Part shown: piece after piece, positions 9,925 through 18,254 of the stretch
Numbering within the stretch: the stretch's first letter is position 1
Layout of the letters: each line of letters begins with the position of its first letter
Assembly: GCA_963719225.1 (NCBI GenBank)
Contig: CAVRAY010000001.1
Coordinates: forward strand, 1,792,001 to 1,856,000
Length of the DNA stretch: 64,000 nt
Reading direction: 5' to 3'
Source: Thermoanaerobaculia bacterium
Lineage (GTDB): Bacteria > Acidobacteriota > Thermoanaerobaculia > UBA5066
The notes under the pieces: generated by a model
Database searches by the model: none
Told to the model about the DNA's origin: nothing
The model's input: the letters and a program-made list of their open reading frames with translations, nothing else
Program-made: the position numbers and the translations under genes

Positions 9925-10796
9925 GCGGCGGCGCGCGCGGCGAAGAGGCGCAGCAGCGCCTCGTTCGCGGGAGTGGGAACTCCGAGGCGTGCGCCCTCGC
10001 GCACGACGGCGCCGTTGATCGCGTCGATTTCCGTGGGCGCACCCCTGAGGACGTCCTGCAGCATCGAGGAGAGGTTCGAGGCCGTGGCGCGGGCGACGCG
10101 ACGCGCCTCCGCGGCGGCGTCCGGGAAGGGAAGAGCGATTTCCTTCGCGCGCGCGACCTCCGCGACCTCGTTCGCCGCGCGCTCGAGGAGCGACAGGGCT
10201 TCGGGGCGTTCCAGGAGCTGGCCGTTCGGAACCTCCAGGATCGCGGTAAGCGCGTTGATGCCCGCGTTCACGGCGAGCTTTCCCCACGCGAGCGAAACGC
10301 CGAGAGCGGGGTCGACGGCACGCGCGTCGAGACCCGCGGAGCGAAAAAGGGCGGCGAGGGACTCGGGGCCGGCGATGTGCGTGGGGCCGTCGCCCGCCGG
10401 GCGCACGCGTCCGGGCGCGACGAGCGTCGCACCCTGCTCCGTCACGCCGAGGAGCGCTCGCGGGCCGAGCTTCTCGACGTTTCCGAGACCGTTCTGAAGG
10501 GTGAGGACGTGGCCGTCCCGGCCGGTCAACGCGGGAACCTCGCGCGCGACGCGGTCGGTCTGCCACGACTTCACGAGAACGAGGACGAGAGTCCCGGCGT
10601 CGAGCGGCGTCCCGAGGCGTACGGCCTTCACGGCGACCGCTTCTTCCGAGCCGGGAGCGTCGACGAGGATGCCGCGCGCCGCGATCGCGTCGATCCCTTC
10701 GGTCCACGTGCCGACGAGCGTGACCTCGGCCACGCGCGCGAGACGCGCTCCGAAGAAGCACGCGAGCGCTCCCGTCCCGAGGACGTGGATCTTCAT
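9921..10796 (-). CDS. panE: 2-dehydropantoate 2-reductase
   Basis: GTGALA, LQNGLG, WGKLAVN..IN, SSMLQD, TEIDAING. Confidence 0.93.
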   Translation of the reverse strand: MKIHVLGTGALACFFGARLARVAEVTLVGTWTEGIDAIAARGILVDAPGSEEAVAVKAVRLGTPLDAGTLVLVLVKSWQTDRVAREVPALTGRDGHVLTLQNGLGNVEKLGPRALLGVTEQGATLVAPGRVRPAGDGPTHIAGPESLAALFRSAGLDARAVDPALGVSLAWGKLAVNAGINALTAILEVPNGQLLERPEALSLLERAANEVAEVARAKEIALPFPDAAAEARRVARATASNLSSMLQDVLRGAPTEIDAINGAVVREGARLGVPTPANEALLRLFAARAAA

Positions 10797-10799
10797 GGT

Positions 10800-11681
10800 T
10801 CAGTGCGCCGTCTCGGCGTCCCATTCGCGCGCGATCGCCCGAAAAACGTCCTCGTCGAGCGGGTGCGCGTGGGCGGCCTCCGGAAAGCGCCCCGTGCGGA
10901 CGTCGTCGACGTAGGCGGCGAACGCCCGCGCCATCTCCTCGTGGAGATTCGCATACTGCTTGACGAACTTCGGGGCGAAGCCGTCCGTCAGTCCGAGGAT
11001 GTCGTGCGTCACGAGAACCTGGCCGTCGCATGCGGCTCCGGCGCCGATTCCGATCGTGGGGATCGAGAGACGGCGCGTGATGAGGCCGGCGAGACGATCC
11101 GGGATGGCTTCCAGCACGAGCGCGTGACAGCCGGCGTCTTCGAGGGCGTGGGCGTCCTCGACGAGGCTCCGCGCCGCGGCGGCCGATTTGCCCTGGGTCT
11201 TGAAGCCTCCGAGCTGGTTCACCTTCTGCGGGGTCAGGCCGATGTGACCCACCACCGGGATTCCCGCTCCGACGAGAGCTCGAACCGCGGGCACGACCTC
11301 GCGGCCGCCTTCCATCTTCACGGCGTTCATGCCGCCTTCCTTCAGGAAGCGGCCGGCGTTCCGCACGGCGTCGGCGACGGAGGCCTGGTACGAGAGGAAC
11401 GGCATGTCGCCGACGAGATGGGCGATCTTCGCGCCGCGCGCGACGGCCTTGGCGTGATGGAGCATCTCCTCCATCGTCACGGGCAGCGTGTTCTCGTACC
11501 CGAGGACGACCATGCCGAGCGAATCGCCCACGAGGATCGAGTCCACGCCGGCGCGGTCGAGGGCGCGGGCGGTGGGGAAGTCGTACGCGGTGAGCATCGT
11601 GATCGGCTCGCCGCGCTCCTTTTTCGCGCGAAGCGTCTGAAGTGTGATTTTCCGATGCGGGGACGGTGAGGTCGTGGACAT
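10800..11681 (-). CDS. panB: 3-methyl-2-oxobutanoate hydroxymethyltransferase
   Basis: LTAYD, LVGDSLGM, DMPFLSY, KMEGG, GHIGLTPQ, GIGAG..CDGQVLV. Confidence 0.97.
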   Translation of the reverse strand: MSTTSPSPHRKITLQTLRAKKERGEPITMLTAYDFPTARALDRAGVDSILVGDSLGMVVLGYENTLPVTMEEMLHHAKAVARGAKIAHLVGDMPFLSYQASVADAVRNAGRFLKEGGMNAVKMEGGREVVPAVRALVGAGIPVVGHIGLTPQKVNQLGGFKTQGKSAAAARSLVEDAHALEDAGCHALVLEAIPDRLAGLITRRLSIPTIGIGAGAACDGQVLVTHDILGLTDGFAPKFVKQYANLHEEMARAFAAYVDDVRTGRFPEAAHAHPLDEDVFRAIAREWDAETAH

Positions 11682-11824
11682 GGCTATCTTCTCCGTGAAA
11701 GTAAGATGCCCTTCGAAAAGATCTCGAACGGTCGACGCGTCCAGGTCGCAACCGCGATCCCGGCGCGACGAGAATCATAGACCCGTTGCGGCCGCAGGTC
11801 CACGGCCCCGCGGGAATCTTGGAG

Positions 11825-12172
11825 CTACGGCGACAAGACTCGTCGAAGCAACGACTCGAGCGCGAGACGGTCCAGCTTCTCCAATCGTCCGAGCCTTCGC
11901 AGGCGGAGACTCTTCTCGAAGGTCGCCAGGACGGGCTTGATCGTGGAAGGGCCGATCAGGCCGGCCTTCTTCCACCCCGTGATGGGGAGATGGAAGCCCG
12001 AGTCTCTCTGCACCTGGCTCGTGATGGCCATCAGTACGATGTCGGGAAGATTCTGGTTGCAGGCGGCCGAACTGACCACGACCGCGGGGCGGCGCTTGGT
12101 GCCGGCCTGATTCGTGAACGGGAAGGGGACCAGGACGATGTCGCCGAACTCAAAGCTTGTCGTAGGCGGCAT
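11825..12172 (-). CDS. PemK/MazF-family toxin
   Basis: GDIVLVPFPFT...KRRPAVVVS...MAITS signature. Confidence 0.9.
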   Translation of the reverse strand: MPPTTSFEFGDIVLVPFPFTNQAGTKRRPAVVVSSAACNQNLPDIVLMAITSQVQRDSGFHLPITGWKKAGLIGPSTIKPVLATFEKSLRLRRLGRLEKLDRLALESLLRRVLSP

Positions 12173-12371
12173 CGATCGGGTTGTCCCACACGCGGCGGAA
12201 CGAGGGCTCCGACATCTTCAGGGCAGCGCGCCGAAGCTTGTCGTCCTCGTTTTTCTGCCGGAGGAAGTCGACGAAGTCCTCCACCTCGGTCAGCCTCTCG
12301 GGAGGAAGCTCTCGGAGTTTGTCGTCGAGCGACGGCGGCCGGGGAGCACGGGAGTTGACGGCTTTCTTCAT
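12150..12371 (-). CDS. Putative antitoxin (DUF2281-like)
   Basis: LPPERLTEVEDFVDFL and C-terminal WDNP.DAAYD; overlaps toxin start. Confidence 0.8.
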   Translation of the reverse strand: MKKAVNSRAPRPPSLDDKLRELPPERLTEVEDFVDFLRQKNEDDKLRRAALKMSEPSFRRVWDNPIDAAYDKL

Positions 12372-12434
12372 CGCTCCTGATTCTACGCGCTCCGGCGACT
12401 CAGCATCGTCAGCTCGCGTGACGGCCGGCGCCTT

Positions 12435-13946
12435 TCACTGCCGGCGCACGAAGCTCCAGAATTCCTTTTCGAGGGACTTCGTATCCGTGCCGAGGGCGGC
12501 AGCGAGTGCGTCGAGGCCCGCGGGCGCGCCGAGTGCCGCGGCGCGGAGGAAGACGCGGAAACGTTCCGTGCGCGCCGGATCCCCGCCGAGAAGGAAGCGG
12601 ACGAGGAGACCGGCCTGGGTGTAAGCGTCGCGCCGCGTGCGGGCGTGGGCGAAAAGACGGGTGGCTCGCTCGAGCACCCCGGAGAGGGGCAGTCCGCGGC
12701 CAGCACGAACGCGCTCGAGGAACTCCTTCACCGTGGCGCGGGAACCTGACGAGACGCGCACCACGCGGTCGCCCGTTTTCCGTTCCGACGTGACCGAGTC
12801 GAGAGTTCCGCTCAGGAGCCGGCCCTCCGCGTCCGCCCGGCACCACGCGAGATCTTCCGACAGGCCTTCGGCGATCCACGGCGGGGCCTCCCGCGCGAAG
12901 ACCTCCTGCGACAGGAGGTGCGCCAGCTCGTGTACGACGGTCTGCCGCGTCTCTTCGGCCGTGAGTCCGGCCAGCGCCGCGGCGATTCCGCCGCCCGCGT
13001 GCCCGCGCGTGTCGAGAGTCTCGGGATCCGACCGCGGCACGTGCACGCCCTCCACCCAGACGATGCGCTGCCGGTCCACGAGGGCCGTGAGCCGCCTCGT
13101 GGCTTCTTCGAACGCCTTTGGTCCCGAGACGTCCGTCGCGTCGGACGCTTTTCCCCATGCCGCGGCTTCGGCCGCTCCGGTGCCGACGGTCCAGATGAGG
13201 AGCGGCACGCGGAGGCACCCGAGGAAGTTCCGGGCGGCCGGGGCCGGGAGCCGGCTGGCGTCCTTCGAGCCCGCGAGCAGCAGAACGACCGCTCGCGGAC
13301 GGCTGTTCGCCGAGACATCGAGGCCCGCGACCGCCACGGCGTCGGCGAAGCGGCGCTCCTCCGGCAGGCCGGGCGGGAAGACGCGCCTTCGTCGAGAACG
13401 ACCGAGATTTCGCCGGATCCCTCTTCCGACGCGACGACCTTCAAGGGAGCGCCGTTGGCGAGAAACCAGCCGCCCATCTCGCTTGCAGAGGGCAGCTTCT
13501 TCTTCTCGAAGAGGATCGGCACGGCGGTCAGTTCGGCCTGTGTCTGGTCGCGATTGAGGCCTCCGAACGTGATCTCCGCGGAGGTGGAGGTTTGTCCGGG
13601 AAACTCCAGCTCGGCCCGCAGGAAGTGGAGCTGCTCTGGGACGAACGCGGGAAGCGCGATCCGGGAAGGGTCGAGAGCGAAGCCTCGGCCAGGGACCGCT
13701 GGAGTTGATCTTCTGCAAGGTCTTTCCGATTTCCACGCCGGAGGCGTCGAAAGCGGTCGCTTCGAGGTGGTGAGGCACCGGCGAGGGACCGAAATCGACG
13801 TCGATCCGCCAGGGCTCGCCGCGGAGGCGGCCCAGCATCCGGCCGTCCAGTCGGACCTCGACGGCCGCGACCTCCTTCTCGACGGCCAACTCAACCGGAT
13901 GGACACCGCTGACGAGACCCAGGAAGATGGAGATAAACGTCAGCAT
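12435..13946 (-). pseudogene. Hypothetical protein with two compensating frame changes, fused to an HExxH peptidase-like C-terminal segment
   Basis: Protein-like sequence in the 12435..14027 frame to about 13700, then in the 12812..13906 frame (DPSRIALP...EISVVLDEGA), back to the first frame near 13385; VVHELAHLL near the C-terminus. Confidence 0.6.
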
Positions 13947-14020
13947 CCCGGCCAGATACTCATTTTCTGAGAAATCTTCATTTCCGGGGCCTGATTCATC
14001 CTCATCAGTCGTTTTTTCTC

Positions 14021-14050
14021 TTGACACACCTCATTCGTGAAACAATTCAT
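14021..14050 (+). promoter_or_regulatory. Possible sigma70 promoter of the ECF operon
   Basis: Perfect TTGACA at 14021-14026 in an AT-rich stretch; the -10 element is weak. Confidence 0.35.
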
Positions 14051-14114
14051 CCAGGTTCAACTAGGAGTACCAGACCCGTGGTCCACGCGGGCGCGGTTCC
14101 TCCAGGAGTCGTCC

Positions 14115-14741
14115 ATGGCAACGTGGGACACGACGGAAGGCATGGGGCTGACGCCGGCACTCGCTGGTGGTGGTTCGATGGCTGAAGCGTCGGTCCTGCG
14201 CGCCGTTCTCTCAGACGAGCTTCCCGTATCGGACGACGTCTCTTCGGAAGCCGCGGGCATCACTCCCGGAGAGTGGGACTGGACCGCGCTGAACAACGTG
14301 CTCCGCCCCAAGCTGATCGGCCTCGCGGTGAGGAAGTACAACTTCAGCCGCGAAGAGGCGGAAGACGCGGTTCAGACCGTCTACATGCGCGTTCTCGCGC
14401 GTGATCCGCGCGTCAAGGACCCGATCGGCTACGTGAAGATTGCGTTCCTCAACACCTGCCTGAACATTGCGATGGCGAAAGAGCGCAGCGTCCAGCAGAT
14501 GCCGGAAGAGATGGACGTGGCCGACCCGAAATGCGAGAAGGTCACGGCGCGCCTCGAGGCCGTGCGCATGGTCAACAAGGCCATCCGCAGTGCCGGGCCG
14601 AAGTGCAAGCGCATCGTGCGGCTCTACTTCGGGCAGGAATACAGCCTGGCCGACATGACGAAGGCCACGGGCTACTCCAAGAAGACCGTGTGGAAGCGCA
14701 TCTGGGGCTGCCTCGACAAGATGCGTAAGGTGCTCGCGTGA
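14115..14741 (+). CDS. ECF-type RNA polymerase sigma factor with an acidic N-terminal extension
   Basis: Region 2 EEAEDAVQTVY; region 4 YSLADMTKATGYSKKTVWKRIWGCLDKMR; AGGAG SD at 14104-14108 before ATG 14115. Confidence 0.85.
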   Translation: MATWDTTEGMGLTPALAGGGSMAEASVLRAVLSDELPVSDDVSSEAAGITPGEWDWTALNNVLRPKLIGLAVRKYNFSREEAEDAVQTVYMRVLARDPRVKDPIGYVKIAFLNTCLNIAMAKERSVQQMPEEMDVADPKCEKVTARLEAVRMVNKAIRSAGPKCKRIVRLYFGQEYSLADMTKATGYSKKTVWKRIWGCLDKMRKVLA

Positions 14742-16174
14742 GCGCGGAGCTCCGGGCTGTGTCTTCGCACCCCGAGCAGTGGGAGCTCTTCGAGCTCGTG
14801 ACCGAAGGCTCGACCGAGCTGAATGCGCACGTGAAGGCGCACGTCGTCGCCGGCTGCCCGTCGTGCGGCAAGCACCTCGACGACATCCGCACGCTCTCGA
14901 GGGCGCGCGAGATGAAGGAAGAGTTCGACGCCTTCTTCGACGAGCTGCCCCAGGACGACGCCCCGCCCTCCGAGCGCGAGGAGTTCCTCCTCAAGTTCAA
15001 GAAGAAGAACCGCCCCGCCGACCGCCTCGGCCGCCTCTCCCACGACGGCCGCCAGCTCGCGGCGGAAATCGTGAAGGCGGTTTCGGAAGAAGGGCTCGAC
15101 AAGGCGAAGGAGCTGCTTGGGAAGATCGAAGCGGACCCGAGCCGCGGGTACGCGTACCTGTATGCATGCCAGCTTGCAGCGCCGAAAGCTTCCAGTAATC
15201 CTGCGATGTATGTTGAGTTCGCAAAGTGTGTCGCAGAGTCCACGCGTAGCCTTCCCTATCTCGTTGAAAAGGGGCCAGCTCAACCCGTGTGCCGCGAACA
15301 GGTGCTCGGAGAGGCCGGGCTTTTGGAGTCAAACGCTCTGAACTTCCTCGGAGAGCCAACCGCAGCGCGAAAGGCGGCACAAAAAGCGCGCCTGAGTTTC
15401 GTCGAGGCCAACGAGGACAGTTTCGCTCTCGCGCTTGTGGATTATTTCGAAGGGTCAGCGGCCACGTTCGAGGGCGACTTCAATGCAGCCTGGAAGCTCT
15501 TGAAGGCCGCGCGTGCGGAGTTCCAGATCTTTGGGCAGGAGAACTGGCAGGGCCGAAGCGACGCCTCACTCGGAACGGTGATGCTCGGTAGGGGCAAGAA
15601 CGAGTCGGCCGTGTATTTCTTCGAAAGTGCGTTGCGGAACCTCCATCCGGTACTCGACGAAGCAGCTTACGCGAATACGGTGATCAACCGCGGTGCTTCG
15701 CTGGTGAGTCTCGGCCGCCTGGACGCGGCGAAGTCTGCTTTCGCCAAGGGCCTCGTGTTTGCTCGTCGCCTGAATCTCAAGGTCGGGCTCTTCATCATTC
15801 GTTACGGTCTTGCGACAATCGAGCTGCTCCGGAATCATCCTACGAAGGCGTTGGACCTCTTCCAGCGAATTCGCGAGGATGCGAGACGCGAAGGCTTCTC
15901 CGCGCGTGTCCTCTCGGCTGATCTTCGGATCGCCGAGTGCCTGGGTCGACTTGGACGTGCCGAAGAGATGACCGAGTGCTTGAGCGAACTCCGTAATTCG
16001 GAGTTGATAGGTGTTGCGGGCTTTGATTCAGGCCTCCGTGAGCTCTTCGCTACCGTGGATCAGGAAGCGGTTTCGACCGATCTTCTGGCGCATGTCGCCC
16101 GGTTCGTTGAGGGCCACGATCGCGGTTCGCGCGCTGCTTACAAACCATACCGTCTGGTTGCGAACGGAAGTTGA
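14738..16174 (+). CDS. Soluble zinc-binding anti-sigma (ZAS) domain fused to TPR-like helical repeats
   Basis: H...HVVAGCPSC motif; repeated TPR-like helices (ALVDYFEG, SDASLGTV, TVINRGAS, IRYGLATI); GTGA overlap with the sigma stop; no obvious TM helix. Confidence 0.8.
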   Translation: MSAELRAVSSHPEQWELFELVTEGSTELNAHVKAHVVAGCPSCGKHLDDIRTLSRAREMKEEFDAFFDELPQDDAPPSEREEFLLKFKKKNRPADRLGRLSHDGRQLAAEIVKAVSEEGLDKAKELLGKIEADPSRGYAYLYACQLAAPKASSNPAMYVEFAKCVAESTRSLPYLVEKGPAQPVCREQVLGEAGLLESNALNFLGEPTAARKAAQKARLSFVEANEDSFALALVDYFEGSAATFEGDFNAAWKLLKAARAEFQIFGQENWQGRSDASLGTVMLGRGKNESAVYFFESALRNLHPVLDEAAYANTVINRGASLVSLGRLDAAKSAFAKGLVFARRLNLKVGLFIIRYGLATIELLRNHPTKALDLFQRIREDARREGFSARVLSADLRIAECLGRLGRAEEMTECLSELRNSELIGVAGFDSGLRELFATVDQEAVSTDLLAHVARFVEGHDRGSRAAYKPYRLVANGS

Positions 16175-16251
16175 TCGTTCTCTAAACATCGTTCATAGAC
16201 AGGGGGCCGAGGTGCCATGAACCGGGTACCTCACATGATTTCTTTTAAGAG

Positions 16252-16295
16252 GGGGGTCAAAGGTGTGCCCCCGTCTGTCCGTGTATATAGCCCAC
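16252..16295 (+). promoter_or_regulatory. ECF-type promoter motif, copy 1
   Basis: GGGGGTCAAAG-N12-CTGTCC-N8-AGCCCAC, repeated with identical spacing at 16627-16670. Confidence 0.7.
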
Positions 16296-16361
16296 AGCTG
16301 GACAACCACAGCACTAACCAATTGTTGGTGATCCGTTAGCGCGGAGCACCAGGAGGACGTA

Positions 16362-16487
16362 ATGAGAGAGTTCGATTGTGAGTTCAGCTTGTTTTCATAT
16401 TTCATTGATCTACTTGGACTTAAGGGTAGTTCCTCGGAGGACGCGTCCGGCACGTGCAACATCAACGCCGGACCCATCGGCGCCTGA
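16362..16487 (+). CDS. 41-aa small peptide MREFDCEFSLFSYFIDLLGLKGSSSEDASGTCNINAGPIGA
   Basis: AGGAGG at 16351-16356, 5 nt before ATG; downstream of promoter copy 1; followed by hairpins; below the ORF-track cutoff. Confidence 0.75.
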   Translation: MREFDCEFSLFSYFIDLLGLKGSSSEDASGTCNINAGPIGA

Positions 16488-16511
16488 CAACTAATTCCCA
16501 ATAACTAACCA

Positions 16512-16569
16512 ACAGGCTGGCTTGGCTAGCCCTGTGCAAGGTGTGTTTGCGCGTGAAATCGCGCGTTTT
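16512..16569 (+). terminator. Hairpins downstream of the peptide gene (possible terminator)
   Basis: ACAGGCTGGC-TTG-GCTAGCCCTGT (16512-16535), then GCGCG-TGAAAT-CGCGC-GTTTT. Confidence 0.4.
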
Positions 16570-16626
16570 CGTGTTCTTGGCTGGTCAGTGCCCCGAATTG
16601 GGTACTCGAAAAAAAATCTTTGGTAA

Positions 16627-16670
16627 GGGGGTCAAAGCTGCGTGGCGGCCTGTCCTTACTATTAGCCCAC
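16627..16670 (+). promoter_or_regulatory. ECF-type promoter motif, copy 2
   Basis: Same three blocks and spacings as copy 1, 375 bp downstream, with an A-tract upstream. Confidence 0.7.
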
Positions 16671-16739
16671 CCTTAGACGAACCCTCGCCCAAGCTGGTGG
16701 ACATTCGAGCAAATGAAGCCGCTGGTTCCCCTTGGCCGC

Positions 16740-16865
16740 TCACGCCGGCGCCGAGGCGGATGTCTCCGCCCCTCGCCCCGCGTACCGCGCGATGCCGTTT
16801 CCGAACGACCAGCTCTCCTTCGGGACCTCGACGAGGTTCACGAGGACGTCCTCTTCCCTGAACCC
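16740..16865 (-). pseudogene. 3' remnant of a tautomerase-family gene
   Basis: Manual translation: REEDVLVNLVEVPKESWSFGNGIARYA...stop; catalytic Pro1 N-terminus missing. Confidence 0.7.
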
Positions 16866-16927
16866 AGCGTAAACGCCCCCACGGTCCGATACGATCCAGC
16901 GACCGCCAGCGCGTATCATCGCTTTGG

Positions 16928-17170
16928 ATGCCGACCGTTCTTCGAGATGGTCCCTGGCGCTTCTACTTCTTTAGTCACGAACCGAATGAACCTCCTCACA
17001 TCCACGTTGACCGCGATGATTTGTCGGCCAAGTTCTGGCTCGGACCAGTGGCTCTCGCACGTAATTTCGGATTCAGTGCGAACGAGTTGCGACGGCTCGA
17101 GGCAATCGTGAGGGAGCGCGAAACGTCTTTCCTGGAGGCATGGTATGGGTATTTTGGCCAGCAGCTCTGA
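16928..17170 (+). CDS. DUF4160-family putative toxin
   Basis: MPTVLR.GPWRFYFFSHEPNEPPHIHV...AKFWL. Confidence 0.88.
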   Translation: MPTVLRDGPWRFYFFSHEPNEPPHIHVDRDDLSAKFWLGPVALARNFGFSANELRRLEAIVRERETSFLEAWYGYFGQQL

Positions 17171-17414
17171 CGAACGAGTCACGGGAGTGAGCGTGACGGA
17201 CGATGCCCTCACTGTGTCGCTCGGCGACGGTCGCGTGATTTCCGTGCCTTTGGCATGGTATCCGCGCCTTCTTCACGCGACGGTCGATCAGCGCGCGCGC
17301 TGGCAGGTGAGCGCAGGTGGGTATGGTATCCACTGGCCAGAGATCGATGAAGACCTCTCGGTCGAGGGGCTTCTCAGGGGCGCTCCGGCTCCGCGAACGA
17401 CCGTGAAGGTCTAG
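17145..17414 (+). CDS. DUF2442-family putative antitoxin
   Basis: L.DGR.ISVPLAWYPRL, GIHWPEIDEDLSVEGLL. Confidence 0.88.
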   Translation: MGILASSSDERVTGVSVTDDALTVSLGDGRVISVPLAWYPRLLHATVDQRARWQVSAGGYGIHWPEIDEDLSVEGLLRGAPAPRTTVKV

Positions 17415-17419
17415 GTACC

Positions 17420-17812
17420 TCACACCAGCTTGTGACCCGCGCGCTGGAGCGCGGCAATCGCCTGGTTCAGGTGGATCTTCTTGACGAGGATGTAGTCCGT
17501 GTCGAACGTCGAGAGGGCGAAGAGGCTGATCTCGGCCTCCGCGAGGGGCTTCGCGAAAGAGGCGAGGACGCCGATCGCGTCGGGCGGGAAAGGGCCGTGG
17601 AGCTTCAGGATAGCCCAGCCGCGCGCGACGCGCAGGTCGAGGCCGTCGAGGACCGGGGGAAGGCGCAGCTCGTCGCAGACGATCGAGAGTTCGTCGTCGG
17701 CCCGGGTGATCGACGTGAAGGCTTTGCCGGCCCAGGCCGGAAGGGGAGCTTTCGCGGACAGGCGGCAGATCGCATAGGAGCCGGGGATCACGGAGAAACG
17801 CTGACCACGCAT
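17420..17812 (-). CDS. ACT-domain protein
   Basis: SITR..DELSIVC, LAEAEISLFALSTFDTDYILVK. Confidence 0.85.
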   Translation of the reverse strand: MRGQRFSVIPGSYAICRLSAKAPLPAWAGKAFTSITRADDELSIVCDELRLPPVLDGLDLRVARGWAILKLHGPFPPDAIGVLASFAKPLAEAEISLFALSTFDTDYILVKKIHLNQAIAALQRAGHKLV

Positions 17813-17825
17813 CTTTCCCGTCCGT

Positions 17826-18254
17826 TCACGCGAACGGATTCCGAACGCGAATCGCTCCGAACGACTGCCCGGCGTTGAGGTCTTCCGACCAGATCGTCGC
17901 GCAGCGGAGCTGGCTGGCGCTCTGCAAGATGAGGGCGTCCCAGAGGGAGATACGTTTCTTTCGATGGAGGTCGATGGCCGCGAGGACGTCCGCGCGAACG
18001 GGTTCGTGAAGAGTCCATTGCGAAAGGTCCTCGATCAGCGCGGCGGCTCCCGCTGCCGGCATCGGCTTCGACACCTTGCGGGTGATCGTGACGTAGAGCT
18101 CCTGCAGGACCTGAAGGCTGAGACAGCCCTGCCCGGAGCGCCACAGGCCGGCGACGAGCTCGCGTGCCTGCTCAGCTTTGGCCCCTGCGCCTCCGTCGTA
18201 GGCGTAAACCAGGACGTTCGTGTCGACGAATTCCCGGACCGGTTCAGCGCTCAT
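17826..18254 (-). CDS. PIN-domain (VapC-like) toxin
   Basis: FVDTNVLVYA, QVLQE, SLWDALI, WSEDL. Confidence 0.9.
   Translation of the reverse strand: MSAEPVREFVDTNVLVYAYDGGAGAKAEQARELVAGLWRSGQGCLSLQVLQELYVTITRKVSKPMPAAGAAALIEDLSQWTLHEPVRADVLAAIDLHRKKRISLWDALILQSASQLRCATIWSEDLNAGQSFGAIRVRNPFA

Noticed and set aside
7098-11778. Apparent long N-terminal extensions or fusions of coaBC, panC, phoR, pstB, PHP and GT in the ORF track
   Set aside because: Stop-free upstream frames overlapping the preceding gene; real starts overlap the upstream stop codons.
16217-16339. 40-aa ORF MNRVPHMISFKRGVKG... with a GAGGTG SD after the TPR gene
   Set aside because: It spans the duplicated promoter motif, which explains the sequence better, and its SD/ATG lie in a hairpin; not excluded, but unsupported.
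16362-16487. RiPP precursor interpretation of the peptide
   Set aside because: No radical SAM, YcaO, LanM, peptidase or transporter gene nearby.
16713-17111. 132-aa ORF after the second promoter copy
   Set aside because: Mostly antisense to the tautomerase remnant and out of frame over the DUF4160 gene.
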